A DNA stretch of 64,000 nucleotides. It comes from Eledone cirrhosa. Its lineage: Eukaryota. The DNA lies in NCBI GenBank assembly GCA_964016885.1, contig OZ024752.1, positions 124,001 to 188,000 on the forward strand. Reading direction: 5' to 3'. Shown here piece by piece: positions 29,872-46,439 of the stretch (position 1 is its first letter; every line of letters starts with the position of its first letter). The position numbers and the translations under genes were made by a program. The notes under the pieces were generated by a model. That model saw nothing but the letters and a program-made list of their open reading frames with translations. It did not search any database and was not told the origin of the DNA.

Positions 29872-32800
29872 ATATACAAATATACTGTATAGTATACACA
29901 AATATACTGTATAGCATATACAAATATACTATATAGTATATACAGATATACTGTATAGTATATACAAATATACAATATAGTATATACAAATATACTGTAT
30001 AGTATATACAAATATACTATATAGCATATACAAATATACTGTATAGTATATACAAATATACTGTATAGTATATACAAATATACTGTATAGTATATACAAA
30101 TATACTGTATAGTATATACAAATATACTGTATAGCATATACAAATATACTATATAGCATATACAAATATACTGTATAGTATATACAAATATACTGTATAG
30201 TATATACAAATATACTGTATAGTATATACAAATATACTATATAGCATATACAAATATACTGTATAGTATATACAAATATACTATATAGTATATACAAATA
30301 TACTATATAGCATATACAAATATACTATATAGTATATACAAATATACTATATAGCATATACAAATATACTATATAGCATATACAAATATACTGTATAGTA
30401 TATACAAATATACTATATAGCATATACAAATATACTGTATAGTATATACAAATATACTGTATAGTATATACAAATATACTGTATAGTATATACAAATATA
30501 CTGTATAGTATATACAAATATACTATATAGCATACACAAATATACTATATAGTATATACAAATATACTATATAGCATACACAAATATACTGTATAGTATA
30601 TACAAATATACTGTATAGTATATACAAATATACTGTATAGCATATACAAATATACTGTATAGCATATACAAATATACTGTATAGTATATACAAATATACT
30701 GTATAGTATATACAAATATACTGTATAGCATATACAAATATACTGTATAGTATATACAAATATACTGTATAGTATATACAAATATACTGTATAGCATATA
30801 CAAATATACTGTATAGTATATACAAATATACTGTATAGTATATACAAATATACTGTATAGTATATACAAATATACTATATAGCATATACAAATATACTAT
30901 ATAGTATATACAAATATACTATATAGCATATACAAATATACTGTATAGTATATACAAATATACTGTATAGTATATACAAATATACTATATAGTATATACA
31001 AATATACTGTATAGTATATACAAATATACTGTATAGTATATACAAATATACTATATAGCATATACAAATATACTGTATAGTATATACAAATATACTATAT
31101 AGCATATACAAATATACTGTATAGCATATACAAATATACTGTATAGTATATACAAATATACTATATAGCATATACAAATATACTATATAGCATATACAAA
31201 TATACTATATAGTATATACAAATATACTATATAGTATATACAAATATACTATATACCATATACAAATATACTATATAGTATATACAAATATACTATATAG
31301 CATATACAAATATACTATATAGCATATACAAATATACTATATAGTATATACAAATATACTGTATAGTATATACAAATATACTGTATAGCATATACAAATA
31401 TACTGTATAGTATATACAAATATACTATATAGTATATACAAATATACTGTATAGTATATACAAATATACTGTATAGCATATACAAATATACTGTATAGTA
31501 TATACAAATATACTATATAGTATATACAAATATACTGTATAGTATATACAAATATACTGTATAGCATATACAAATATACTGTATAGTATATACAAATATA
31601 CTGTATAGTATATACAAATATACTATATAGCATATACAAATATACTATATAGTATATACAAATATACTGTATAGTATATACAAATATACTATATAGTATA
31701 TACAAATATACTGTATAGTATATACAAATATACTGTATAGTATATACAAATATACTGTATAGTATATACAAATATACTGTATAGTATATACAAATATACT
31801 ATATAGTATATACAAATATACTGTATAGTATATACAAATATACTATATAGCATATACAAATATACTATATAGTATATACAAATATACTATATAGTATATA
31901 CAAATATACTGTATAGTATATACAAATATACTATATAGTATATACAAATATACTGTATAGTATATACAAATATACTGTATAGCATATACAAATATACTAT
32001 ATAGCATATACAAATATACTATATAGTATATACAAATATACTATATAGCATATACAAATATACTATATAGTATATACAAATATACTGTATAGTATATACA
32101 AATATACTGTATAGTATATACAAATATACTATATAGTATATACAAATATACTGTATAGTATATACAAATATACTGTATAGTATATACAAATATACTATAT
32201 AGTATATACAAATATACTATATAGTATATACAAATATACTATATAGTATATACAAATATACTGTATAGTATATACAAATATACTATATAGTATATACAAA
32301 TATACTGTATAGTATATACAAATATACTGTATAGTATATACAAATATACTATATAGTATATACAAATATACTGTATAGTATATACAAATATACTATATAG
32401 TATATACAAATATACTGTATAGTATATACAAATATACTGTATAGTATATACAAATATACTATATAGTATATACAAATATACTGTATAGTATATACAAATA
32501 TACTGTATAGTATATACAAATATACTGTATAGTATATACAAATATACTATATAGCATATACAAATATACTATATAGTATATACAAATATACTGTATAGTA
32601 TATACAAATATACTGTATAGTATATACAAATATACTATATAGTATATACAAATATACTGTATAGTATATACAAATATACTGTATAGCATATACAAATATA
32701 CTATATAGCATATACAAATATACTATATAGTATATACAAATATACTATATAGCATATACAAATATACTGTATAGTATATACAAATATACTATATAGCATA

Positions 32801-33753
32801 TACAAATATACTATATAGTATATACAAATATACTGTATAGTATATACAAATATACTATATAGTATATACAAATATACTATATAGTATATACAAATATACT
32901 GTATAGTATATACAAATATACTGTATAGTATATACAAATATACTATATAGTATATACAAATATACTGTATAGTATATACAAATATACTGTATAGTATATA
33001 CAAATATACTATATAGTATATACAAATATACTGTATAGTATATACAAATATACTGTATAGTATATACAAATATACTGTATAGTATATACAAATATACTAT
33101 ATAGTATATACAAATATACTGTATAGTATATACAAATATACTATATAGTATATACAAATATACTGTATAGTATATACAAATATACTATATAGTATATACA
33201 AATATACTGTATAGTATATACAAATATACTGTATAGTATATACAAATATACTGTATAGTATATACAAATATACTATATAGTATATACAAATATACTGTAT
33301 AGTATATACAAATATACTGTATAGCATATACAAATATACTGTATAGTATATACAAATATACTGTATAGTATATACAAATATACTATATAGCATATACAAA
33401 TATACTGTATAGTATATACAAATATACTGTATAGTATATACAAATATACTATATAGTATATACAAATATACTATATAGTATATACAAATATACTGTATAG
33501 TATATACAAATATACTATATAGTATATACAAATATACTGTATAGTATATACAAATATACTGTATAGTATATACAAATATACTATATAGTATATACAAATA
33601 TACTGTATAGTATATACAAATATACTATATAGTATATACAAATATACTGTATAGTATATACAAATATACTATATAGTATATACAAATATACTGTATAGTA
33701 TATACAAATATACTATATAGTATATACAAATATACTGTATAGTATATACAAAT
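29872..33753. repeat. 22-bp minisatellite, ~176 units
   Basis: Unit ACAA-ATATACT[A/G]TATAG[T/C]ATAT; contains an 18-bp palindrome. Confidence 0.97.
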
Positions 33754-33983
33754 AACTTTAACTGAAATGAACGTTTTCACACGCACAAGCCAAAATGAAA
33801 TGCACGATAAAATAGTTATAAATCGAATAATGACTGGTGTGTGTGTAAGGTTCGATCTTACAACGTCAAGCAGTGAAATACGTTCAATAACTGTTCAATA
33901 TAATCACATCAACAGACAGCAGAATATTGAACAGTATGAGGAGAGAGTAGGTGTTAGTAAATATATTGTGTAACTGATATAGC

Positions 33984-34936
33984 TGGTGGTGATAGTAGAA
34001 GGTGGTGGTGGTGGTGGTGGTGGTGGTGGTGAGGGTGGTGGTGGTGGTGGTGGTGATAGTAGAAGGTGGTGGTGGTGGTGGTGGTGGTGGTGGTGGTGAG
34101 GGTAGTGGTGATAGTAGTAGGTGGTGGTAGAGGTGGTGGTGGTGGTGGTGATAGTAGTGGTGGTGGAGGTGATGGTAGTAGAAGGTAGGGGTGGTGATGA
34201 TATTAGTGGTGGTAGTGGTGGTGGTGGTGATAGTATAGGTGGGGGTGGTGGTGATGGTAGAGGTGGCGGCGGTGGTGATGGTAGAGGTGGCGGTGGTGCT
34301 GATAGTATAGGTGGCGGCGGTGGTGATGTAGAGGTGGCGGTGGTGGTGATGGTAGAAGTGGTGGCGGTGGTGATGGTAGAGGTGGTGGCGGTGGTGATGT
34401 TAGAGGTGGCTGTGGTGGTGATGGTAGAGGTGGCGGTGGTGGTGATGGTAGAAGTGGTGGCGGTGGTGATGGTAGAGGTGGCGGCGGAGGCGATGGTAGA
34501 GATGGTGGTGGTGGTGGTGATGTTAGAGGTGGCTGTGGTGGTGATGGTAGAAGTGGTGGCGGTGGTGATGGTAGAGGTGGCGGCGGAGGCGATGGTAGAG
34601 ATGGTGGTGGTGGTGGTGATGTTAGAGGTGGCTGTGGTGGTGATGGTAGAGGTGGCGGTGATGGTAGAGGTGGCGGTGGTGGTGATGGTAGAGGTGGTGA
34701 TGATGGTAGAGGTGGCGGTGGTGGTGATGGTAGAGGTGGCGGTGGTGGTGATGGTAGAGGTGGCGGTAGGGGTGGTGGTGGAAATGGTAGAGGTGGTGAT
34801 GATCGTAGAAGGGGTGGCGATAGGAGAGGTGGTGGTGGTGGATGAGGGTGATAGTAGAGGTTGTGGTGATGTTGATATTAGAAGTGGTGGTGGTGGTGAT
34901 GGTAGAGGTGGTGGAAGTGTAGAGAGGTGGGTGTGG
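33984..34936. repeat. (GGT)n-derived low-complexity repeat with 18-21-bp GGTGATGGTAGAGGTGGC units
   Basis: Direct inspection. Confidence 0.9.
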
Positions 34937-35501
34937 TAAACGAAGGAGAATGGTTGGTAGCCGTATATGATGGGTTTGATACCTTTGTGTGTGTTTGTGT
35001 GTGTGTATGTTTGTGTAATTGTTTGTGTGTGCATGTGTTTGTGTCTGTGTGTGCGTATGTGATAATAACCTTGAAATACGTACAGAATGTTTTTTCACGG
35101 ATACCGAATTAGCTGTGACATGATCAGTGCTTAAGATATTCACAGCGTGACTTTTGTATGTTCGTTATACGTAAATATATTGCATATGGCTTCCAACATA
35201 CCTCGTCTCTCAGCCATGCTGTGCTAATGCCATTAACATGTCAATCTTACTCTATATGTAAATGAACCATCATCAAAATGAGATTCACCGAATAAGAAGT
35301 TATAAATTTTTAACACCTTAGGATACTATCATAAGTAAGCATTACTAATGAATGGTAATAATCACGAAATACCTATATAATACTATTACACGGATGATGA
35401 GTTAGCCGTGATCTGATCACAGTTTGACATACTTGCAGCAAAACTTGTTTATATGTATTATTCATAAATATATTGTATATGTGTTTATATACGGCTCCAC
35501 A

Positions 35502-35549
<48 letters not shown>

Positions 35550-35594
35550 ATTGATCATAAAGTCGCATGATCGTTGTATTATATATCGATCTCG

Positions 35595-35652
<58 letters not shown>

Positions 35653-35728
35653 GTATAGTGGTAGCTATGGTGCTTCCGTGGGTATGCCAAAATTAGCACT
35701 CGATATTCATCAGAGTAGAGTGTATAAA

Positions 35729-35826
35729 TTATCAAGAAAACGAAAAATCAGTGATGCATGCCGGCGAAACATTTGTAACACGAAATAAACGAAGTCCAGA
35801 TGCATCACTGATTTTTCGTTTTCTTG

Positions 35827-35831
<5 letters not shown>
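35729..35831 (+). mobile_element. fold-back element with HHR 3' half (family K)
   Basis: Arms ATTATCAAGAAAACGAAAAATCAGTGATGCAT and reverse complement; GCCGGC-GAAA-CATTTG-TA..AATAAA; homolog 50505-50742. Confidence 0.7.
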
Positions 35832-35855
<24 letters not shown>

Positions 35856-35860
<5 letters not shown>

Positions 35861-36075
35861 AACCAGTAAGACCCCGACAGCTGAGCTCAAGCCGTTTCGA
35901 CGGCTAATTCTGGACCAGAATTAGTGGTGGTAATGAGTCCAGAATTAGCCGTCGAAACGGCTTGAGCTCAGCTGTCGGGGTCTTACTGGTTCCTATTACC
36001 CACTCTACTACCTCAAGTATCGAGTACTTTGGTGCGTTATGGTCCACCTGGTTCCTTACCACATTTCCTTCGTTA
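35856..36075 (+). mobile_element. fold-back element family A (diverged subfamily)
   Basis: Arms GGAACCAGTAAGACCCCGACAGCTGAGCTC..; helix III CGGC/GCTG keeps pairing through G.U. Confidence 0.85.
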
Positions 36076-36193
36076 TATATATATATATATATATATATGA
36101 TAACAAGGTATCGTTTAAGGTAATCCAGCTAGAGGTTGTGAGTATTCTGTGTTGAGGATAGTTTTAAATACCAGTGCCCTGTGTTACACACAT

Positions 36194-36314
36194 CAGTATT
36201 CTGATGATTTGATCAGGCAGACACTGTAATTAATGTCGAGTGACGTAATTTCTAACGATCAGTGGCCTTTAGACTCACCTGGTTAATGAAACAATTGTTA
36301 ATGCTGTAAATAAA
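36194..36314 (+). ncRNA. type I hammerhead ribozyme, intact core, large helix II insertion
   Basis: CAGTATT-CTGATGA(36201-07)-t TTGATCAGG..CCTGGTTAA t-GAAA(36288-91)-CAATTG-TT-AATGCTG; AATAAA 36309-14. Confidence 0.85.
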
Positions 36315-36357
36315 CCCTTTTTGTACAGCCGACCATGTTATTCTTCGTTTTTTTTCT

Positions 36358-36389
<32 letters not shown>

Positions 36390-36465
36390 CCGTATGTGGT
36401 TGACGGCTGAGAGTACTCATAATATTCATTTTATTAAGGCTAAATAGTGAGTCTTAATAAAATGA

Positions 36466-36560
<95 letters not shown>

Positions 36561-36902
36561 CGACAAGCTCCTGCGAGGATATAGTAGAAAACAGTTGGTA
36601 ACGGTGCCGCAGGGTGGGGTTGAACGCGGAACCTCATGGTTGCGAAGAGAACTCCTCAGCCACACTACCTGAACCCTTATACATTTTATTGTCCATCTGT
36701 TTTCATTCGTGGTCAGTGTCTAGTTATTTCTCTAGCCATCTATCTATACACACTCCCCCTCTCTCTCTCTCTCTCTTTCTATATATATATATACAATGAT
36801 ACAACACATGTTGAAGTGTGGTTTACTCCGTCAATCCATCGATATGTCCAGCTCCTGGTAGTGTTGTTATTTCTCTTAGGAACTGGAATCATATCACTGT
36901 AA

Positions 36903-36964
<62 letters not shown>

Positions 36965-37076
36965 CAAAGAGATATTTAATTTGTTGGTAATTCAACAAAT
37001 TTATTTATAACAGATTCGAAGCACTCAACAGTTTACCTGGAGTATAATATCAATGATATTAATAAATGGAAACTAT

Positions 37077-37170
37077 ATTTATAAAACCATATTTTATTAT
37101 ATATATTTCAAGCGTACCAAAAACTTTGGTACGCTCTCATCAGATAAAATACAAAATTTGTTTTATAAAT
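37077..37170 (-). ncRNA. type I hammerhead ribozyme family C, copy 1
   Basis: TATTTTAT-CTGATGA-GAGCGTACCA..TGGTACGCTT-GAAA-TATATA-TA-ATAAAATA; distal helix I ATTTATAAAAC/GTTTTATAAAT. Confidence 0.85.
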
Positions 37171-37334
37171 GGTGACATACCCCAGAAACCAGACCTTATC
37201 GGTTCAGGTTCCGTTTGGATATATATATATAAAACCAAAGAATTAAGGCATTTTTAAATGCCTTAAACTATAAATGTATAACAGCTCTGCATGACCCTCA
37301 TTGCATTGAGCTAAAAAAAACACCCTCTAAATGA

Positions 37335-37365
<31 letters not shown>

Positions 37366-37444
37366 ATTATTCTCCTATCTGGTGATCTTAGCAGTCCACA
37401 AAATATATAAACATATTCATGTATGTATGTGTGTATGTATGTAT

Positions 37445-37913
37445 GTTCTTCTGGTTTTATAATTTCACAAAAATTTTTCACAAAAATTTTTCCCAATAGA
37501 GAGAGAGTCGGTTTCTAACATAGACACAAGACTCTCTCATCAACTAGGTAGATTATGTATGCATACATGCATGTGTAGATATGGATGTTATTGTATGTGT
37601 GGATGTGTATGTTTTGAGTTGTATGTGTGCATGTGTATATGCTTTGTATCTGTACATGTGTATATGCAGTTATTAGATGCACAATTTTTGGAATGTTTTA
37701 CATATTTTTACTGTTCCATTAATGGATTGTACTTGTAATTTTCTAACTAGTTGTGTTCTTTCTGTTCCCGTGAAGCCTAGCTTCTCAAGATTTGTATTGA
37801 GGCAGATACTAACATATCCCAGTGCCCCAATAATCACAGGCATAAATCTGAAGGTGTAATCAGGGTGGAGTATCTGCAGATTTCTCATCAGTTCTGCATA
37901 AATATTCTCCTTT
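37445..37913 (-). mobile_element. R4/Dong-like (RLE) LINE 3' end in (TACA)n
   Basis: KENIYAELMRNLQILHPDYTFRFMPVIIGALGYV..LEKLGF..LQVQSINGTVKICKTF*, then 3' UTR; (ATGT)n on both flanks. Confidence 0.8.
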
Positions 37914-38605
37914 GTATGTATGTATGTATGTATGTATGTATGTATGTATGTATGTATGTATGTATGTATGTATGCATGAATGCATGTATGTATGTATGTA
38001 TGTGTGTGAATGTGTGTGTGTATGTATTTATGTAATTATGTATGCATGTAAGTATACGTAAGTATGTATGTATGCATATATGTATGTATTTATGTGTGTG
38101 TATATGCGTGCGTGCGTGTGTGTGTGCAAATAAGGAATAAGGGATTTTTGTGTGTAATTCCTGGCGGAGGCGTGTTGGAGGCAAGTAAGCGTTTGGCGGA
38201 GGCGTTTTGGAAGCAAGCGTGCGTCTGGCGGAAATTACATATTGATCCTGTCTATAGATGGAGTTTTGGGGAGAGGGGGATGTGTGTTGATGATGATGAT
38301 GGTGTGTGTTGGTGGTGGTGGTGGTGGTTAGAAGTCATGGCTGTTGTTACTGTTCTTTGTGGTGGGAGTGGTGGGGCTGGCGGCGGTGGCAGTTGTTGGA
38401 AGGCATGGTTGTTGTTGTTACTGTTATTGGTGGTGGTGGTGGTGGTGATGGTTGTTGTTGTTACTGTTCTTGGTGGTGGTGGTGGTGATGGTAGTGATGG
38501 TATCTTGGGCAAATGTGAGGTACCACAGCCCCTGATCAACCCACTAAGTGAAATAGGGTCGACAGAAACTGTTTGGAAGCCCACCAGTTTAAAATCTATC
38601 TAAAC

Positions 38606-38878
38606 ACTGTCTCGAGCCCGGAGGCTCATAAGGCCGATGCTTATCGTAGTTTCCGTGGGGTGAAGCAACTGAGGATACAAGACCCCTGCCCTGGACAGGA
38701 CGCCAGTCCATCGCAGGGTTAAACCCCCAGTTATTGCTGGTACTCATTTTCAGCTGAGTATACTGGAGCAACGTGAAATGAAGTGCTTTGCTCAAGAACA
38801 CAACACACAAGCCAATCCAGGAATCGAACCCACGACATTATGGTCGTAAGTCCAACACCCTTACTACTAGGCTACATA
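38606..38878 (-). mobile_element. tRNA-derived SINE family 2, near full length
   Basis: Homologous to 11760-12048; reverse B box GGAATCGAACC. Confidence 0.85.
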
Positions 38879-38896
38879 CATGTAACTCAAAGGGCC

Positions 38897-39164
38897 AGTA
38901 GTAGTAGTGGTGAAGATGATGGGTAATGGTGGTGGTGGTAGTAGTAGCATTAACAGTGGTAGTAGTAGTAGTAGTAGTAGTTGTAGTAACAATAATAGTA
39001 GTAGTGGTGGTAATGAGTAATGGTGGAAGTAGTAGTAGTGGTGGTGATGAGTAATAGTGGTGGTGGCAGTAGCTCTAGTAGTAGTGGTGGTGGTGGTAGT
39101 AGTAGTAGTTGTGGTGGTAGTAGTAGTAGTAGTGGTGGTGATGGGTAATGATGGTAGTAGTAGC

Positions 39165-39204
<40 letters not shown>

Positions 39205-39495
39205 ATGGGTAATGGTGGTGGTAGTAGCAGTAGTAGTAGTAGTAGTAGTAATAGTAGTAGTAGTGGCAGCAGCAGCAGCAGCAGTAGTGATAGTAGTAGT
39301 AGTGGCAGCAGCAGCAGCAGTAGTAGTATTAGTAGTAGTGGCAGCAGCAGCAACAGCAGCAGCAGTAGTAGTAGTGGCAGCAACAGTAGTAGTAGTGGCG
39401 GTGGTAGCAGCAGTAGCAGCAGTAGTAGCAGTAGTGATAGTAGTAGTAGTGGCAGCAACAGTAGTAGTAGTAGTGGCGGTGGTAACAGCAGCAGC

Positions 39496-39558
<63 letters not shown>
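38897..39558. repeat. (AGT/AGC/GGT)n trinucleotide tract
   Basis: Direct inspection. Confidence 0.95.
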
Positions 39559-40110
39559 TAATTGTGGCGATGTGGTTGGAAGAGATAGAGGATGTGGTGG
39601 GAGTGTTGTGTATGGATGCGCCTCGATCGAAGACGTCTTAGGGAGTGTGTGTGGGTGGACAGTTTAAGGATGTGGGTGAGATATGGTCAGCTGGTGGAGA
39701 TGTTGACAGATGAGGGTCTGTATGTGTGTGTCTGCATGTGTGTGTATGAGGGTGAGTGTGTTTGTGTGTGTGTGTTTGTATGTATTAATGCATGTGTGCA
39801 CCTGCATGTGTGTGCGTCTACGTGTGCCAGTACCAAATAGGTGTGTTTGTTTATGTGTGTGTATGAGTGTGTGTGTGTGTGTGTTTGTGTTTGTATGTGT
39901 GTGTGTTTGCGTGATGTGTGTGCATGTGTGTGTATGAGTATGTGTGTGTTTGTATGTTTATGTTTGTATGTATTTATGCATGTGTGTACCTGCATGTGTG
40001 TGTGTATGTGCGTGCGTGCGTTTGTTTGTGTGTGTGTTTGTGTTTGTATGTGTGTGTGTTTGCGTGAGTGTGTGTGTGCATGTGTGTATGCAATGTATGT
40101 GTATAGAGTG

Positions 40111-40296
40111 ATAATTGTTTCTACTTTAAGCACAAGGCCAGCAATTATCCAGTACATTACTGGTACTTTATTTTATCGACCCCGTAAGGATGAAAGGCAA
40201 AGTTAACCTCGGCGGGATTTGAACTCAGACTGTAAAGGGATGTAACTGTGCTAGAAAGCATGGCGTCCAACCCTCTACCGATACTGCCAATTCACC
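40111..40296 (-). mobile_element. SINE family 1, full length
   Basis: Near-identical to 29451-29642 and 52926-53101. Confidence 0.9.
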
Positions 40297-40428
40297 AATG
40301 GTCGGAAGATGGTTAGAAGATGGTAACATGGTAAATATATGTCAGATCGGAATGGGAGGAGATGGAGAACGTGGCAGAGCTATTATGGCTAGAACAGCTT
40401 TAAACAAGCGAACTATATATAAATATAT

Positions 40429-40466
<38 letters not shown>

Positions 40467-40492
40467 CAATGATATTAATAAATGGAAACTAT

Positions 40493-40589
40493 ATTTATAA
40501 AACCATATTTATTCTATTATATATATTTCAAGGGTACCAACACTTTGGTACGCTCTCATCAGATAAAATACAAAGTTTGTTTTATAAAT
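40493..40589 (-). ncRNA. type I hammerhead ribozyme family C, copy 2
   Basis: Same fold as 37077-37170; TCATCAG at 40556-62; one helix II mismatch, one A-U>G.U in helix I. Confidence 0.85.
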
Positions 40590-40672
40590 ATTGACATATA
40601 TATACATATATATACATATACACACACACATATATATATATACATATACACACACATATATATATACATATA

Positions 40673-44059
<3,387 letters not shown>

Positions 44060-44089
44060 ATAATGAGCTGCGCGTTGCAAATGGGGTAC

Positions 44090-44779
44090 ATATGAAAAAG
44101 TAAGTCCTTCATCAGTGACCCTCCAACCGTCCCAGGCATTTCATCGCTTTAAGGGCCATATACCCCAGGTTGGTGTGAACAACGGCTAAAAAAAGTCGTT
44201 GGGACACGTAAATAAAGGGGACGTTAGGGTGAACAAACAAAATGGTTTAAGCAACGGAAAGTGAGAAGAAAGAGACAAGTCCCAGATTTCTATGAATATA
44301 AACTCGGTGAAATCGTGAACAAGAGACAAAAGACCATCAAACCTGGTTGAAATGTGAGCATGGAAGGAATTTCGCACAGGTCTAACGGGGGGGAAGAAGA
44401 AGGGGTCTGGTCTACGAATTCGGTAAACATAAGTTCTGTGAAGTCGCAGACGAGAGAGAGAGAAAAAAAATTTCATACCGGCTTGACCAAGAACGCGCGA
44501 GAAAAGAAATCGGGAAGGTCAAGCGGGAAGAAAGAGGAGGAAAGAGGAGGAAAGAGGAGGAGGAGAGGTAGTGACAGAGAATGAGTGAGTGAAAGTTGAG
44601 GAGGAGGCTAACAGAGAGAGAGACTGCTAGAAAGGGTTGTTTGTTCACCCTAACGTCCCCTTTCTTTACGTGTCCCAACGACTTTTTTTAGCCGTTGTTC
44701 GCACCAACCTGAGGTATATGGCCCTTAAAGCGATGAAATGCCTGGGACGGTTGGAGGGTCACTGATGAAGGACTTACTT

Positions 44780-44787
<8 letters not shown>
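44090..44787. mobile_element. long inverted repeat (151-bp arms, ~400-bp spacer) with HHR 5' halves at the outer ends
   Basis: Arms 44090-44240/44637-44787; GGAGGGTCA-CTGATGA-AGGACTTA at 44753-44776 and reverse complement at 44101-44124. Confidence 0.75.
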
Positions 44788-44810
<23 letters not shown>

Positions 44811-44813
<3 letters not shown>

Positions 44814-44967
44814 CAAAGAAAGTGTGGTAAGGAACATGGTGGACCATAACGCATCCGAGTACTCGATACTTAGAGTAGTAGAGTGGGTAATAGGTAACTG
44901 GTGGGTTAGTTCGGATCTAGCTGTCGAAGCGGCCGGAGCTCAGCCATCGAGGTCGTGACTCTTTTCC

Positions 44968-44969
<2 letters not shown>
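44811..44969 (-). mobile_element. diverged family A element
   Basis: Reverse-oriented tail GTGGTAAGGAAC..GAGTACTCGATACTTAGAGTAGTAGAGTGGG plus an inverted decayed HHR half. Confidence 0.7.
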
Positions 44970-45017
<48 letters not shown>

Positions 45018-45140
45018 CTGAGTTTTTCGAATATTAATAATAACATTCGATTCGTTTGCAATTATGCAAACAAGCCTCATTTTTATAGCCATATCAGTAG
45101 AATGAACCCTTCACTCTTGCTCTTGTGTGGGCATATAAAC

Positions 45141-45190
45141 AGAACTGCAGACACTAATGTTTCTGGGTATCACCCTTCATCAGTACATCT
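45141..45190 (-). ncRNA. hammerhead ribozyme, intact core, within 85-bp inverted arms (45014-45098/45192-45276)
   Basis: TGTA-CTGATGA-a GGGT gat ACCC a-GAAA-CATTAGTG-TC-TGCA; GUC site. Confidence 0.8.
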
Positions 45191-45307
45191 CACTGACATG
45201 GCTTTAAAAATGAGGCTTGTTTGTATAATTGCAGACGAATCGAATGTTATTATTAATATTCGAAAAACTCAGATTACATTTATTGTATTCAGCCATGTAG
45301 AGTGAAA

Positions 45308-45356
<49 letters not shown>

Positions 45357-45535
45357 TACATATATACGCTTGTGTGTGTATGTGTGTTTATGACTACCTA
45401 AAGAGCTTTTCGGAGCTATTTCAGAGCCTCTTACATTCAAAAATCTAAAGCAAAGCAAAGGCTCCTGATGCTAACTAGTTTGAATAAAAGTGACTTCCAT
45501 TTATAAATAAATGAATAAACAAACAAACAAACAAA

Positions 45536-45578
<43 letters not shown>

Positions 45579-45579
45579 C

Positions 45580-45629
<50 letters not shown>

Positions 45630-46439
45630 AAATAAATCATTCTTATTAAAAAGACGCAAAGCGAGGTGTTTGCCTGCCCTACACTCTTACGTCAACTTCG
45701 TTCTGCTTTTAGATTATACAAAAAGCAGTTTGAAGAGACACGGTAGTAAAAGCCTACTTTGTCACTTCTACTACTGAACACATATTTATAGTAAGATTGC
45801 AACATACCCACGTCACATAACATTCTATATTAGTTCTCAACAAGCATTCTATTCATCTTTCAAAATTATTAATATCTTACGGCCCCCATGAAAATTCCAT
45901 GATTTAATTAGAAACAACCACCAAGTATTTAAGATCAATATGGCATTTGAAGTGATATATACATATACACACAAATGATATATATAGTACTTAATTACAT
46001 ATATACAACAAAATATATCGAATAAATTGATAAAACAAAAAAATCATTGAAACTGCGAAAATGGAATATTTTACTCGTTTATTATTTGGTGATAAACAAT
46101 ATCTTCCGTAAAATAATCCGCTCCTCTCTCTCTTGATCTCTCTACGCCGCCCCCGCCACACACACACACACACACTCTTACCATCTATTTCTCAATATGG
46201 TAGACTATTTATACCATTGAAACAGACTTTAATATGATCGGTAGATTGGCAAGATCAGAATCGGTAGTACAGTGTTGCTCAGTTCTTTTGCATGAATTTA
46301 GTAAAAGACGTATTAATCATGAATGAAGTGCTACATCTGAGAAAAGAATGGTATGAATAGTCGTGAGAAATCTCACTGAATACACCGTTCACATTGATGA
46401 CTGATACATGATCTGAGACATTGACATGTCCGAATCAGG

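Noticed and set aside
29872-33753. CRISPR-like array or repeat protein
   Set aside because: Units are contiguous with no unique spacers, no cas genes, eukaryotic context; ORFs are phase artefacts
33904-35034. Mucin-like Thr/Pro-rich 376-aa ORF (also poly-Ser 39148-39561 and poly-His/Thr 25181-25613)
   Set aside because: Trinucleotide low-complexity tracts open in several frames; no splice or domain evidence
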